31,722 nt of DNA, taken from UHGV virus genome UHGV-0068509; one strand, 5' to 3'. Every line of letters starts with the position of its first letter. Position 1 is the stretch's first letter. Positions 20,408 through 29,009 of this stretch are shown one piece after another. The notes beneath the pieces are model-generated. The model worked only from the letters and a program-made list of their open reading frames with translations, had not been told where the DNA came from and made no database searches. The translations under genes were made by a program, and so were the position numbers. Origin of the DNA: a virus.

Positions 20408-20926
20408 CTAAATGGCTAATTGCATGTCAAGGTTTTTAACAGCAACATGCTTAACTTTCTCAACACGTTTACGCATTTTGAAAGCATTTTGCATTGGTTG
20501 GTACAAAACAAATAATGACGCTTTCAGGATGTCGTCAATTTCATTTCTACAGGTTGCCAGTGAAGGTTTTCTCCATCCCTCGCCACCACGTCCACACATC
20601 TTGCGTGGCTTTGCAGTCGCGTGATAGTAGGATGCAATTGCTCGCTTAGATGAACCATGAGCGTAGTAGCTGAGGAGGATGCCAAAGGCTTTCTTGTCAA
20701 TGTACATGACGGAATCGACGACCTGAGAAATCAACATTCCATCGTCATCATTACACATTGGCCTTGTAATAACTCTTCCCGGCTCTACGCTCTCCATGAA
20801 CTTCGCTATTACGCTGCTCATGCGCTTTTCCAGACGACCTGAATAAACCCATGCGCCCCATAGTTCAAGCCATCCATTCAGCCAATCGTGCTGCTCTTTG
20901 GTGAGGTTTAGTTCTCTTATGCTCAT
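20408..20926 (-). CDS. Q: Late-gene antiterminator Q family protein
   Basis: 172-aa ORF with LELWGAWVYSG and RPMCNDDDGMLI motifs typical of Q-family antiterminators; last gene before the tRNA/lysis region. Confidence 0.8.
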   Translation of the reverse strand: MSIRELNLTKEQHDWLNGWLELWGAWVYSGRLEKRMSSVIAKFMESVEPGRVITRPMCNDDDGMLISQVVDSVMYIDKKAFGILLSYYAHGSSKRAIASYYHATAKPRKMCGRGGEGWRKPSLATCRNEIDDILKASLFVLYQPMQNAFKMRKRVEKVKHVAVKNLDMQLAI

Positions 20927-21111
20927 CGTCTTCCCCTCTTGCCCTGTTTGACCATCAGGACGCCGTTAACTATTACGTGACGCTCGCCTTTGCTGTCTCG
21001 GTTGTACTTGAGCACTGTTCCTCTTGCGCAGGAAAGCATCCTCGCCACTTCGGTCTGATTGCCTCGTGTCTGGATAAGAAGCTCTGGTATCGTTTGAATT
21101 GTGGCGTTCAT
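20923..21111 (-). CDS. ninH: NinH-like protein
   Basis: 62-aa ORF; TIPELLIQTRGNQTEVARMLSCARGTVLKYNRD...VIVNGVLMV closely resembles lambda NinH. Confidence 0.85.
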   Translation of the reverse strand: MNATIQTIPELLIQTRGNQTEVARMLSCARGTVLKYNRDSKGERHVIVNGVLMVKQGKRGRR

Positions 21112-21470
21112 ACGTTCTCCAGTTCGGTGATTTTTATTCCAAGCCGTCCGCCTGGTACTTTCACGCCACGAATTACGCGAATGTCATCGAATTGCTCGTC
21201 GTCTTCCGCAAATCCGGCGTGGATAAGGGAGTCGAGTAAACCTTTCAGGATGTTGTCGAGGTCGCGGCGGCGGGAGTCTGGAACGTCTGCGATGACTTTG
21301 ATGCGGAGTCGTGATTTGGTGAAAATGTCTAACTTAAGTTGGCGGATGATTTGCTGAACGTCTTTTCGGTATTTCTGGCCTTTATCGCTGATGTAGTATT
21401 GGCTTCCCCGTCTTCGCCAGTAGGTATTCACCGACGGCGGGTATGGAAGCACAAACTGATATTCGTTCAT
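21108..21470 (-). CDS. rusA: RusA-family Holliday junction resolvase
   Basis: 120-aa ORF; LPYPPSVNTYWRRRG...DVPDSRRRDLDNILKGLLDSL...GGRLGIKITE matches RusA motifs. Confidence 0.9.
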   Translation of the reverse strand: MNEYQFVLPYPPSVNTYWRRRGSQYYISDKGQKYRKDVQQIIRQLKLDIFTKSRLRIKVIADVPDSRRRDLDNILKGLLDSLIHAGFAEDDEQFDDIRVIRGVKVPGGRLGIKITELENV

Positions 21471-21757
21471 GACTTAATCTTCCCCTCCTTCAGCAGTATC
21501 GCCTGCGTCCTGATCACGCCTTCGAGGTGGTAAAGTCTGGCGTCTTTGTTGTCGAGAATCATTGTGCGTCGGTCGATTTCATCGTGACACGCGCTACAAG
21601 CCCATGCGCCGATCAGGTCGCCAGGCTTCATTCCCGTTCCGCAAATTCCAGCCATCCGGTAATGTGCCAGAACTGTAGTTTCAGGATTACCATTGCATAC
21701 GCCGTAAATACGTACCTGGCATTCTCTGCCGCGTGCTTCTTTGCGTAGATTAGCCAT
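21467..21757 (-). CDS. ybcO: YbcO-like protein (DUF1364, putative nuclease)
   Basis: 96-aa ORF; MANLRKEARGRECQVRIYGVCNGNPETTVLAHYR...ACSACHDEIDRR resembles DLP12 prophage YbcO. Confidence 0.8.
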   Translation of the reverse strand: MANLRKEARGRECQVRIYGVCNGNPETTVLAHYRMAGICGTGMKPGDLIGAWACSACHDEIDRRTMILDNKDARLYHLEGVIRTQAILLKEGKIKS

Positions 21758-22482
21758 TAAGCAGCCTCCCCTGTTACTTTCAGCATTCCGTTATCGAGCA
21801 GCTTTCTGGTCAGCCACTGTTGACCACGCCCGGTGATTTTTGTGGTGAACAATATCTGTATTCCGTGATTTGTGTTGCCCGCTGTTTCTTTCACTGTGAA
21901 ATAGCCGCGATCCATATATTCCTGCATTGGCACATTGCGCCGGGAACCTGAAGCAATAAGGATTTTGTGATCGCGCATCCACGCAAACAGTATGTTTGGA
22001 CCAATACCGACAACCTTTGCAAAGTTTCCAATCAAAATTCCACTGGCCTCGCCAACGCGATCGGCAAACTCAACTTTAGGTGCTGCGAGAGCAAGCTGTT
22101 TCTCCAGTTCAGCCTTCTGGTCTTCAAGGTCAGCCGCGAGGCGCAATGCTTCAGAGAAGGTTTGTGGGATTTTCGCGGTTGCCCCTTCAAGCTCTCGCCA
22201 GCGGTCAACAAGGCGAGCGGTGAACTCTGGCGACAACTGGGCGACGACAATAATGCTGTCTCGCTTTCCTTGTTCTCCTTCGAAGACGTAGAAATCACGC
22301 TTCCCGGTAATAACACCTAAATCATTGATTATGTTAGTGTGCTGCAATGCAGGAGGCTTGATAACGCCACGTTTCACCAATCTATCTATGGATACTTTTA
22401 CATTGCTATGGCGGCTTTCTACCAACTCAGCGATTTCAATGCTTGTCATTTTGATGGCATTGCCATTTATTAACTCATTCAT
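21757..22482 (-). CDS. Rha-family phage regulatory protein with C-terminal KilA-C/ANT-type antirepressor domain
   Basis: 241-aa ORF; N-terminal GNAIKMTSIEIAELVESRHSNVKVSIDRLVKRG (Rha-like), C-terminal FADRV...IGNFAKVVGIGPNILFAWMRDHKILIASG (antirepressor-like). Confidence 0.65.
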   Translation of the reverse strand: MNELINGNAIKMTSIEIAELVESRHSNVKVSIDRLVKRGVIKPPALQHTNIINDLGVITGKRDFYVFEGEQGKRDSIIVVAQLSPEFTARLVDRWRELEGATAKIPQTFSEALRLAADLEDQKAELEKQLALAAPKVEFADRVGEASGILIGNFAKVVGIGPNILFAWMRDHKILIASGSRRNVPMQEYMDRGYFTVKETAGNTNHGIQILFTTKITGRGQQWLTRKLLDNGMLKVTGEAA

Positions 22483-22645
22483 CGTCTTCTTCCTCGTACA
22501 TTGAGCTATTCGGATCGCTCATCAGCTCTGCGCAGCAATCGGAGCACACGTGAACTTCAAGCACATGCAGCTTCTGACCGCAGTTAGCGCACGTTAAAGC
22601 CCGCTCGACGCTTTCTTGTTCGTAACTTCGATTTGGGTCAATCAC
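22475..22645 (-). CDS. ninF: NinF-like protein (56 aa, GTG start; not in the ORF track)
   Basis: Hand-translated [56 protein letters not shown]; close to lambda NinF; GTG overlaps the NinE stop, RBS GAGGAAAA. Confidence 0.8.
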   Translation of the reverse strand: MIDPNRSYEQESVERALTCANCGQKLHVLEVHVCSDCCAELMSDPNSSMYEEEDDE

Positions 22646-22824
22646 CTTGTTTTCCTCGCACGTTCTCTAAGCCACCGGATATCCCACAGGTGAGCCGTGT
22701 AGTTGAAGGTTTTTACGTCAGATTCTTTTGGGATTGGCTTGCGTTTATTTCTGGAGCGTTTCGTTGGAAGGTATTTGCAGTTTTCGCAGATGATGTCGGT
22801 GATACTTCGTCGCTGTCGCCTCAT
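22642..22824 (-). CDS. ninE: NinE-like protein
   Basis: Internal start [60 protein letters not shown], essentially lambda NinE; ATG overlaps the upstream methyltransferase stop. Confidence 0.9.
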   Translation of the reverse strand: MRRQRRSITDIICENCKYLPTKRSRNKRKPIPKESDVKTFNYTAHLWDIRWLRERARKTR

Positions 22825-23384
22825 GCCGCCCTCCTGACGCCCTGCCCGATCGCCATCAATGCCGCTTTGGATACGGTAGTAAACATCCGTCGAGGACTGA
22901 TGAACGGTCGCCAAATCAGCAGCATGGAGCCTTTGCTGTTTCCCTTCTTCTCCAGCCCTGTCGATGGTTCGATAAAATTAATCCGTCCATCAGTGATGAT
23001 GCGAACTTCGTCAACACTCTCCAGAGCCTTGCTGAACCATCCGACTGACATATCCTCTGGCACAAGCATAACTACCGTCTGTCGCTGTTGTATGCACTGC
23101 TCAGCGGCTTTTTCCACCCACGGCCTGATATTGCTGTACGGCGGGTTATTCCAGATTGCACCGTGGCTTACCCACTCAGAATTGAGCGCGTCGTCGGCCT
23201 CAGTTAGCCAGTGAGCACACAGAGCATTTTTGTCGCTCGCTGCCGAATCCAGCCAGAATCCAAACTCAATATCCAGTGCATCAAAAAGCCAGAGCGGCGT
23301 TTGCCAGCAGTCCTTGTCGTGTGCTGGCGTATTTGATTTGATAGTCACTCTACTTGCCTCTCCTTTAGATCCCGGTACTCGCAA
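22821..23384 (-). CDS. Phage Dam-family DNA N6-adenine methyltransferase (orphan)
   Basis: 187-aa ORF with WQTPLWLF and NPPYS (motif IV, DPPY-type); no restriction endonuclease partner nearby. Confidence 0.7.
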   Translation of the reverse strand: MRVPGSKGEASRVTIKSNTPAHDKDCWQTPLWLFDALDIEFGFWLDSAASDKNALCAHWLTEADDALNSEWVSHGAIWNNPPYSNIRPWVEKAAEQCIQQRQTVVMLVPEDMSVGWFSKALESVDEVRIITDGRINFIEPSTGLEKKGNSKGSMLLIWRPFISPRRMFTTVSKAALMAIGQGVRRAA

Positions 23385-23770
23385 TTATCAGGAATGGTTA
23401 GTCGTAATCCCTTCTGATGCGCCCACTGGTCAATATCGGTCAGATATTTGTGCATATCTCCAATATCAAGCTGACGTGTTGATTTAACGCATCGTGTAAT
23501 ATTAAAAATCGTCACCCTTTTAGCCGGACAAAATATATCTTTCAGCCACTCATGAACCTCTTCAGGCGTGAAGTTTTCAGCAGAAGCAGCAGATAACTGT
23601 GCGGCTATTTCTGCATTCCACATCCACAGCAGATTGTTTTGTGACAATGTACGCTTCTCACGGTACTCAGATATTTTGATTCTCCAGCGTTTGCCGGTAG
23701 AGAGGATTTGTTTCAGAACTAACCAGAATTGTGATTTATTGGTTTCGTGCAGAATGAAATCATTCATCAT
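23345..23770 (-). CDS. YbcN/NinB-family protein (nin region)
   Basis: 141-aa ORF in the first nin position; ...KRTLSQNNLLWMWNAEIAAQL...FTPEEVHEWLKDIFCP... Confidence 0.55.
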   Translation of the reverse strand: MMNDFILHETNKSQFWLVLKQILSTGKRWRIKISEYREKRTLSQNNLLWMWNAEIAAQLSAASAENFTPEEVHEWLKDIFCPAKRVTIFNITRCVKSTRQLDIGDMHKYLTDIDQWAHQKGLRLTIPDNCEYRDLKERQVE

Positions 23771-23987
23771 CAGTCATCAAATCTAATTGCTGGATAATTC
23801 TGTCACACTGAAAATCAGTATCGATTTTAACCAACCGGCGAAGAACGCGGTCACGCGGATAGATCCGTGGCTTAGGGGCGTTTTTCTGTCTCTCGCCAGT
23901 CGGAAGTCTGGAAGCAGACCAGTACCGCTTTGCACGACCAATGTTCTCCTGAAAGTCGGCGCAGACAAGCTCAGTCATCGAACTCAT
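23760..23987 (-). CDS. Small hypothetical protein (75 aa) at the start of the nin region
   Basis: Strong RBS GGAGG; basic protein; just downstream of the tR2-like terminator. Confidence 0.45.
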   Translation of the reverse strand: MSSMTELVCADFQENIGRAKRYWSASRLPTGERQKNAPKPRIYPRDRVLRRLVKIDTDFQCDRIIQQLDLMTDDE

Positions 23988-24006
23988 TTCTTAAAGCCTC
24001 CAATTA

Positions 24007-24035
24007 CTCTCCCCCAAATAAAAAAGCCTGCGATT
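24007..24035 (-). terminator. tR2-like intrinsic terminator between the replication genes and the nin region
   Basis: Minus-strand hairpin GCCTGC-AGGTAATC-GCAGGC followed by TTTTTTATTT. Confidence 0.55.
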
Positions 24036-24072
24036 ACCTGCAGGCCTGTTACAAGCTCAGTGATGTAGATGG

Positions 24073-25449
24073 TCATACGTCAGCCCCTTGTGCATATCGT
24101 CTGCCACGCGCAGCGGGCGCATTTGATGCTGTGCAAATCTGTCTGGCTTCATCCTGGTCACATGCAACAAAGTGTCCGTTACAGAACCGCTGGTAAACCG
24201 TACCAAGCGAGCCAAAACGGTTTTTCGTCACGATGATTTCAGCAAATGGCGCGGCGCTACTGCTCTCGTCATATACCGCTTCCCGATAGAGCATGATGAT
24301 TGAGTCTGCGTCCTGTTCAATGCTTCCTGAATCACGCAAATCTGCGTTTGTCGGGCGTTTGTTTGGTCGCTTCTCAACATCGCGTGAAAGCTGACTCAGG
24401 GAAATAACCGGTGTTTTCAGGTCTTTCGCCATCGCCTTCAGGCTTCCGGAGATGTGAGCAATTGCGAGGTCGTTGCGGTCTGCTTTCGGCTTCTCAATCA
24501 GACCAAGATAATCCGCCATGATGAGTGACAGGTTTGGATTTTCCTGTTTGTGCCGTTCTGCGATTGAGCGTATTTCTTCGACCGATAACCGCGAGGCATC
24601 GACTACCCATACATCCAAATCTGCAAGCTGACTCATGCCGTTAGCAACGCGCGCCCAGCCTTCGTCATCCATCGATGCAGGATTTCGCAGCACGCTAACC
24701 GACATCCTCCCGGCGTTGGCAATACTTCGCTCTGCAATCTGCAATGCGCTCATTTCCATCGAGAAAATCAACACTCCGCGCCGGACGTCAGAACCAGGAA
24801 TAACGCGGCTTGCAACGCCTTCGGCAATCTTCAGCGCCAGTTCGGTTTTACCCATACCAGGACGAGCGGCGATAATCACCAGGTCTTCTGCGTTCATCCC
24901 TCCGGTGATGGCGTCAAGTTCATCGATTCCGGTCTTCAGGGTATCTGACTCTTCTCCGTTCCTCAGACGCCTGTCAAGCGTGTCAGTGTAGTCAGTGATG
25001 ATTTCCCCTAACCGTACAGGTTTAACCTCGTCACGGGGCTTTCTGATGGCTGAAAGACGCTTTACAAGTTCATCCATCGCCTGACTCGATGCGTCGATGG
25101 TTCCGCTCTGAATTGGTTCACGCATTTCATCCATGATTTCCAGAACCAGACGGCGGTGATAGTTATCCGCGACCATTCCGGCATATCCCTTCAGGTTTGC
25201 GGCACTCGGGCAGTTTTTGCTGGTCATCAGGATTGACGTGAAATGTTCCTCTCCGCACGCCTCGGCAACCATCAGCGCGTCGATTAGGTTTCTGTTTCTC
25301 GCCTGCTTACGGATAACTTCGAAGGCTTTCCGGTAGAGCGGAATTGAAAACGCTTCCGGCTCCAGCGTTGCCAGAACGTCGCTGGCGGTTGGAGTTAATC
25401 CACCAATCAGCAGGCCACCGATAACGCTCGCTTCGATATCCTGTTTCAT
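24073..25449 (-). CDS. Replicative DNA helicase, DnaB family (P22 gene 12-like)
   Basis: 458-aa ORF; Walker [17 protein letters not shown], DnaB-like N- and C-terminal regions. Confidence 0.9.
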   Translation of the reverse strand: MKQDIEASVIGGLLIGGLTPTASDVLATLEPEAFSIPLYRKAFEVIRKQARNRNLIDALMVAEACGEEHFTSILMTSKNCPSAANLKGYAGMVADNYHRRLVLEIMDEMREPIQSGTIDASSQAMDELVKRLSAIRKPRDEVKPVRLGEIITDYTDTLDRRLRNGEESDTLKTGIDELDAITGGMNAEDLVIIAARPGMGKTELALKIAEGVASRVIPGSDVRRGVLIFSMEMSALQIAERSIANAGRMSVSVLRNPASMDDEGWARVANGMSQLADLDVWVVDASRLSVEEIRSIAERHKQENPNLSLIMADYLGLIEKPKADRNDLAIAHISGSLKAMAKDLKTPVISLSQLSRDVEKRPNKRPTNADLRDSGSIEQDADSIIMLYREAVYDESSSAAPFAEIIVTKNRFGSLGTVYQRFCNGHFVACDQDEARQICTASNAPAARGRRYAQGADV

Positions 25450-26267
25450 GCAATCCCCCTGTCTGCAAACTTCCCTTCCCGTACCCCCGTTAACGAGTCT
25501 TCCCTCAGCAGGTAATCAAAATCTGCCGTCCAGCCAGTGTCGTTGTCTCCGAAGTAAAACGGCTTGGCCTGATGCACAAACGCCCTGACATACGCTCTGA
25601 AACCGTCCACGTTTGGCGTTTTCAGTTGCGGAATGATTTTCTTCAGGCGGCGTTTTCGTTTCTCGTTGACCGCAACAGCGTGTGGCAGTCTGTCACCGAC
25701 TTCGGTGTTGTAGGCGTTCAGGAAGGATTCGTAGTCGATTCGTTCTGCCTTGCGACGTTCAGGTTTAACCTGCCCATCGCCGCCCCCGTTAGGGGGTAAG
25801 GGGGTGTTTGTATTTATTGTCTTTTGTATATTGTCTTTTGTGTTTAGCTGACTTGGCTTATACCCATTAGCCGACTTGGCTAATGTTTTATTAGCTGTTT
25901 TAGCTAATGTTAAGCTGTCCTGGCTAATCCACTGCGAAACCACCTTGTTCACTCCGATTTTCACGCCATCAGCAATGAGGAATTTACGCTCAATAAGCTG
26001 GCGCTTGGCAGCGCAAACATGAGTGTGATGAATACCTGTCATGGCTGCTATCTGCGTGTTTGTGAGTCGATCCATCGGCTTATTGAATCCGTATGTCTTG
26101 CGCATGATAGCGAGCATCACCTTCAGCTGCCGGACGGTTAAATCAGCCATCAGCAGACTGTCGGTAATCTCGTTAGCAACGCGCATGAAACCATCTTCGG
26201 TATCTGCCACGCGATGCTCCACGACCTCCAGTTGAGGCCTGTAATCAGCTAACTTAACGACGCCCAT
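25446..26267 (-). CDS. O: Replication initiator, lambda O-like
   Basis: 273-aa [39 protein letters not shown] resembles the lambda O N-terminal domain; iteron cluster lies inside the gene. Confidence 0.85.
   Translation of the reverse strand: MGVVKLADYRPQLEVVEHRVADTEDGFMRVANEITDSLLMADLTVRQLKVMLAIMRKTYGFNKPMDRLTNTQIAAMTGIHHTHVCAAKRQLIERKFLIADGVKIGVNKVVSQWISQDSLTLAKTANKTLAKSANGYKPSQLNTKDNIQKTINTNTPLPPNGGGDGQVKPERRKAERIDYESFLNAYNTEVGDRLPHAVAVNEKRKRRLKKIIPQLKTPNVDGFRAYVRAFVHQAKPFYFGDNDTGWTADFDYLLREDSLTGVREGKFADRGIA
25782..25930. repeat. ori: Replication origin-like iteron cluster plus AT-rich tract inside the O-like gene
   Basis: Direct repeats tattgtcttttgt (x2), agctgacttggct / agccgacttggct, gctaatgtt (x2), cctggctaat; preceded by palindrome cccccgttaggggg. 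Confidence 0.65.
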
Positions 26268-26415
26268 GTTTCACTCCTGCTTTGGCTAGTCTGTAAACAC
26301 CAACAAGGCGCTCTGCGAACGCCCTGTTATTTGCTGCGGCTACCACTAATCCCTCAGGTGAATCAGGGTGTCGAATCTCTTCTTTTTCCTGGTATTTCTT
26401 ACGACGTTTTGTCAT
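26254..26415 (-). CDS. Small basic ORF (53 aa) between cII and the O-like gene
   Basis: Hand-translated [61 protein letters not shown] 5 nt upstream; 3' end overlaps the O-like start. Confidence 0.35.
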   Translation of the reverse strand: MTKRRKKYQEKEEIRHPDSPEGLVVAAANNRAFAERLVGVYRLAKAGVKHGRR

Positions 26416-26447
26416 AATGACTCCTGTGGATTGATCCAGTAATTACC

Positions 26448-26744
26448 TCAGAATTGCATATCAATTTGCTTAAAATCCTCGGTGGCGGCCGGGGATTTTT
26501 TCTTTGTGATTTCATCAAGCGCATACTTAAAAGCCCTACTAATCGGACTGATGTCTGATGCCATTCCAAAAGCACACAAGACCGAAGCAATAAACCTCCA
26601 GTCCGTTCTGCTTATCTTCGATTCATGACAGCCAATCATCTTTGCCAGACCGCGCTGGGTAAGCGTTGACAGGTTGATGAGTAAATCAGTTTCAGCGCGA
26701 TCAATTTCTCGCTGTGTTGGCTTGCTGTAACTTGCTTGTGTCAT
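26448..26744 (-). CDS. cII: CII-like transcriptional activator
   Basis: 98-aa ORF; C-terminus TKKKSPAATEDFKQIDMQF resembles the lambda CII C-terminus; HTH ...GLAKMIGCHESKISR. Confidence 0.8.
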   Translation of the reverse strand: MTQASYSKPTQREIDRAETDLLINLSTLTQRGLAKMIGCHESKISRTDWRFIASVLCAFGMASDISPISRAFKYALDEITKKKSPAATEDFKQIDMQF

Positions 26745-26829
26745 TTCTCACTATTTCCAATAGTGAATAGTTAGTTGAAAGGTATGCGTGGAAACGCATA
26801 TGACCTTAGTTGGTCAGATATCTTGGGAC

Positions 26830-26875
26830 TCGCTTTGTCAGCGACGTAGGACGAATGTCCATTGTGAAAAGAGCG
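26830..26875 (-). promoter_or_regulatory. nutR: nutR-like site: boxA-like CGCTCTTTT and boxB hairpin TCGC-TGACAAA-GCGA
   Basis: boxB loop TGACAAA is identical to the nutL boxB loop in this window; located between cro and cII. Confidence 0.5.
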
Positions 26876-26882
26876 GTGTTAC

Positions 26883-27116
26883 TTATGCTGCTGATGCTCT
26901 ACGCGATACGAACACCAGGTTTTCCTTTTTCACGGGTTTATAGGCCGTGAAATTACGAGTAGCTTCTTCGATTGCATTCGCTTTATCAGGGGAAGCTCTT
27001 CGAAATCCATATGCAATCTGGTCAAGATAGCCAACTGAAGTTTTCGCTAATGCGGCGAGTCGCTTCCATTCCTCACTAGAAGCCTCTTTTCGCCAGCGTA
27101 GTAGTTCATTACTCAT
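26883..27116 (-). CDS. cro: Cro-like lytic repressor (HTH), divergent from cI
   Basis: 77-aa ORF immediately across the operator region from cI; RBS GGAGG; assignment mainly positional. Confidence 0.6.
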   Translation of the reverse strand: MSNELLRWRKEASSEEWKRLAALAKTSVGYLDQIAYGFRRASPDKANAIEEATRNFTAYKPVKKENLVFVSRRASAA

Positions 27117-27127
27117 TAGTGCCTCCG

Positions 27128-27211
27128 TTTATCATACAGAATAACTTTACCATTTTGATAAATCAACCGCAATGTAAATTTATCATATTGCGTATTTATC
27201 CATTTGCTAAA
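27128..27211. promoter_or_regulatory. OR operator/promoter region with repeated 17-bp sites built from TTTATCA half-sites
   Basis: TTTATCATACAGAATAA, TTTACCATTTTGATAAA, TTTATCATATTGCGTAT, TTTATCCATTTGCTAAA between the divergent cro and cI starts. Confidence 0.65.
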
Positions 27212-27229
27212 TAGAGGGAGAATTGTGAG

Positions 27230-27934
27230 ATGGAAAACAAAGATATTCGCAAATCGAATCTGGCGTTTTTGCTAGATGAGCATAAAAAAATCGCGGGTAA
27301 CACTAATGCAAGCTTTGCCGATAAGCTTGGGGTTAGCCCTTCTCAACTCACGCAAGTCTCCGGTGAAAAAAGCACTCGAAACATAGGGGATAAACTAGCA
27401 AGAAAATTTGAAGCCGCACTTGGGTTACCTAATGGGTGGCTTGATTTGGTACATGATGTAACACCAATTGCATCATGCTCAGATTCTTTAACTTTTGTCG
27501 GTCAGGTAAGAAAAGGGTTAGTGCGCGTGGTTGGTGAGGCAATTCTTGGTGTTGATGGTGCCATCGAGATGACCGAAGAGCGCGATGGGTGGCTCAAAAT
27601 TTATAGCGATGATCCAGATGCCTTTGGCCTTCGTGTGAAAGGAGACAGCATGTGGCCTAGAATAAAATCAGGAGAATATGTACTCATTGAGCCTAACACC
27701 AAAGTATTCCCGGGTGATGAGGTGTTTGTCAGAACCGTTGAAGGACACAACATGATTAAGGTTCTTGGCTATGACAGAGATGGAGAATACCAGTTTACAA
27801 GCATCAACCAGGACCATAGGCCAATAACGTTGCCTTATCATCAAGTAGCAAAGGTGGAGTATGTGGCTGGTATTCTGAAGCAATCTCGCCATCTGGATGA
27901 CATCGAGGCAAGGGAGTGGCTGAAAAGTTCGTGA
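27230..27934 (+). CDS. cI: CI-type prophage repressor (HTH plus LexA-like S24 autopeptidase domain)
   Basis: 234-aa ORF; N-terminal HTH (ASFADKLGVSPSQLTQV), C-terminal GDSMWPRIKSGEYVLIE...MIKVL (Ser/Lys dyad). Confidence 0.9.
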   Translation: MENKDIRKSNLAFLLDEHKKIAGNTNASFADKLGVSPSQLTQVSGEKSTRNIGDKLARKFEAALGLPNGWLDLVHDVTPIASCSDSLTFVGQVRKGLVRVVGEAILGVDGAIEMTEERDGWLKIYSDDPDAFGLRVKGDSMWPRIKSGEYVLIEPNTKVFPGDEVFVRTVEGHNMIKVLGYDRDGEYQFTSINQDHRPITLPYHQVAKVEYVAGILKQSRHLDDIEAREWLKSS

Positions 27935-28360
27935 CTTCATCGTCACATAGCTGATAGCCAATGGCCTGAAGAGACGTTTGGGTGAAGAGGATAGATGGAG
28001 TTTAATGGCCATGAGTATCACGCGGTCAAAAAGAAGTTCATCTATTCATTGAAAGCATAAGGCCATCTGAGTATATCCGTAATGATCTGGATATTGTCTA
28101 TAACATCAATGACCGGACAATAGATATCGGTGAGCAGCGTCCTGTATGGCAGGGTGAGGCAGGTGAAAAAAACGTCCTGCCATCAACAAGAATCAAGTGC
28201 ATCAGCTCTCTGGACAGATGGAAAATTTATTGGATGCAAAAAGATATGAAATAACACCTGTATAGCACGGAGCTTTCTCTGACCGATGCACTTGAAGTTG
28301 TTAGGGCTGACCCAGCCTGCTGTTTCTTTAGGTAAGAGAAAAGAGATTTAGGAGATGAAA

Positions 28361-28387
28361 GGTCGCAGAGGTGCGGCCTTTTTTATT
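28361..28387 (+). terminator. Intrinsic terminator downstream of cI
   Basis: Hairpin GGTCGCA-GAGG-TGCGGCC (one G-U) followed by TTTTTTATT. Confidence 0.65.
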
Positions 28388-28413
28388 GAGAGTGGATCTT
28401 GAACGGAAATTCT

Positions 28414-28455
28414 CAAGACTTGAGTCTTGCATGCAAATCAATTCCTGGATAAACT
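28414..28455 (+). promoter_or_regulatory. Putative sigma70 promoter of the 173-aa gene with overlapping 16-bp palindrome
   Basis: -35 TTGCAT (28427-28432), 17-nt spacer, -10 TAAACT (28450-28455); palindrome CAAGACT-TG-AGTCTTG (28414-28429) overlaps the -35. Confidence 0.5.
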
Positions 28456-28487
28456 CGATCTGAGTCAATAACTTAGAGAGAGAGCAA

Positions 28488-29009
28488 ATGGCAAAGTCAA
28501 ACGTTAGCGTGCAGGCATTCAAGGACTTCCTTGAAGAGCTTATGTCGCTGAACATAATGAAGGAGGCCACCGCTCGAAATTTAAAAAACTCATCCGCTCG
28601 CCTCTTAACGGTAGTCCAAGAAGAGGAAATGGGTGATGTTACTCAGCTTGATGTGAATGAGCTTGCCGAGCGATACATCAACGCAACTGAGCCGAAGCCT
28701 AGCGACAGCAGCATTACTGCATATAAAAGCCGCATGGAAAGTGCAATCAAAAAGTTTGTAGCTTTCCAGTCTGGTGAAGAAATCCCATACACTCCGATTG
28801 ACAAAGAATCCAGTGAGGAAAAAGATTTGACTGGCGAACCAACAAAAGTCGAAGGCAAGGCTAATGCACTTCATACCTATGATCTTCCAGTAGTTCTTCG
28901 ACCTGAATCAGGGGTTACAGTAACGATTAAAGGCATTCCTAACGATATCACAAACGAAGAAGCCGAACGCATCTCTTCAATTCTGAAGGTTTACGTTCGG
29001 CCTCAATAA
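28488..29009 (+). CDS. Hypothetical 173-aa soluble protein in the cI-pL immunity-region hotspot (rex/sieB-equivalent position); no family recognised
   Basis: ORF with purine-rich RBS and own promoter; no TM segments; acidic helical N-half and beta-rich C-half; flanked by terminators. Confidence 0.7.
   Translation: MAKSNVSVQAFKDFLEELMSLNIMKEATARNLKNSSARLLTVVQEEEMGDVTQLDVNELAERYINATEPKPSDSSITAYKSRMESAIKKFVAFQSGEEIPYTPIDKESSEEKDLTGEPTKVEGKANALHTYDLPVVLRPESGVTVTIKGIPNDITNEEAERISSILKVYVRPQ

Noticed and set aside
22633-23214. 193-aa plus-strand ORF
   Set aside because: Antisense to the NinE and methyltransferase genes; shadow ORF.
26399-26590. 63-aa minus-strand ORF
   Set aside because: Alternative frame inside the CII-like gene; the CII frame has the recognisable C-terminal match.
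26745-26882. Hairpin GCGTGGAAACGC near 26797 as a boxB candidate
   Set aside because: On the transcribed minus strand the loop is pyrimidine-rich (TTTCCA); the TGACAAA-loop hairpin at 26830-26844 is the better nutR boxB.
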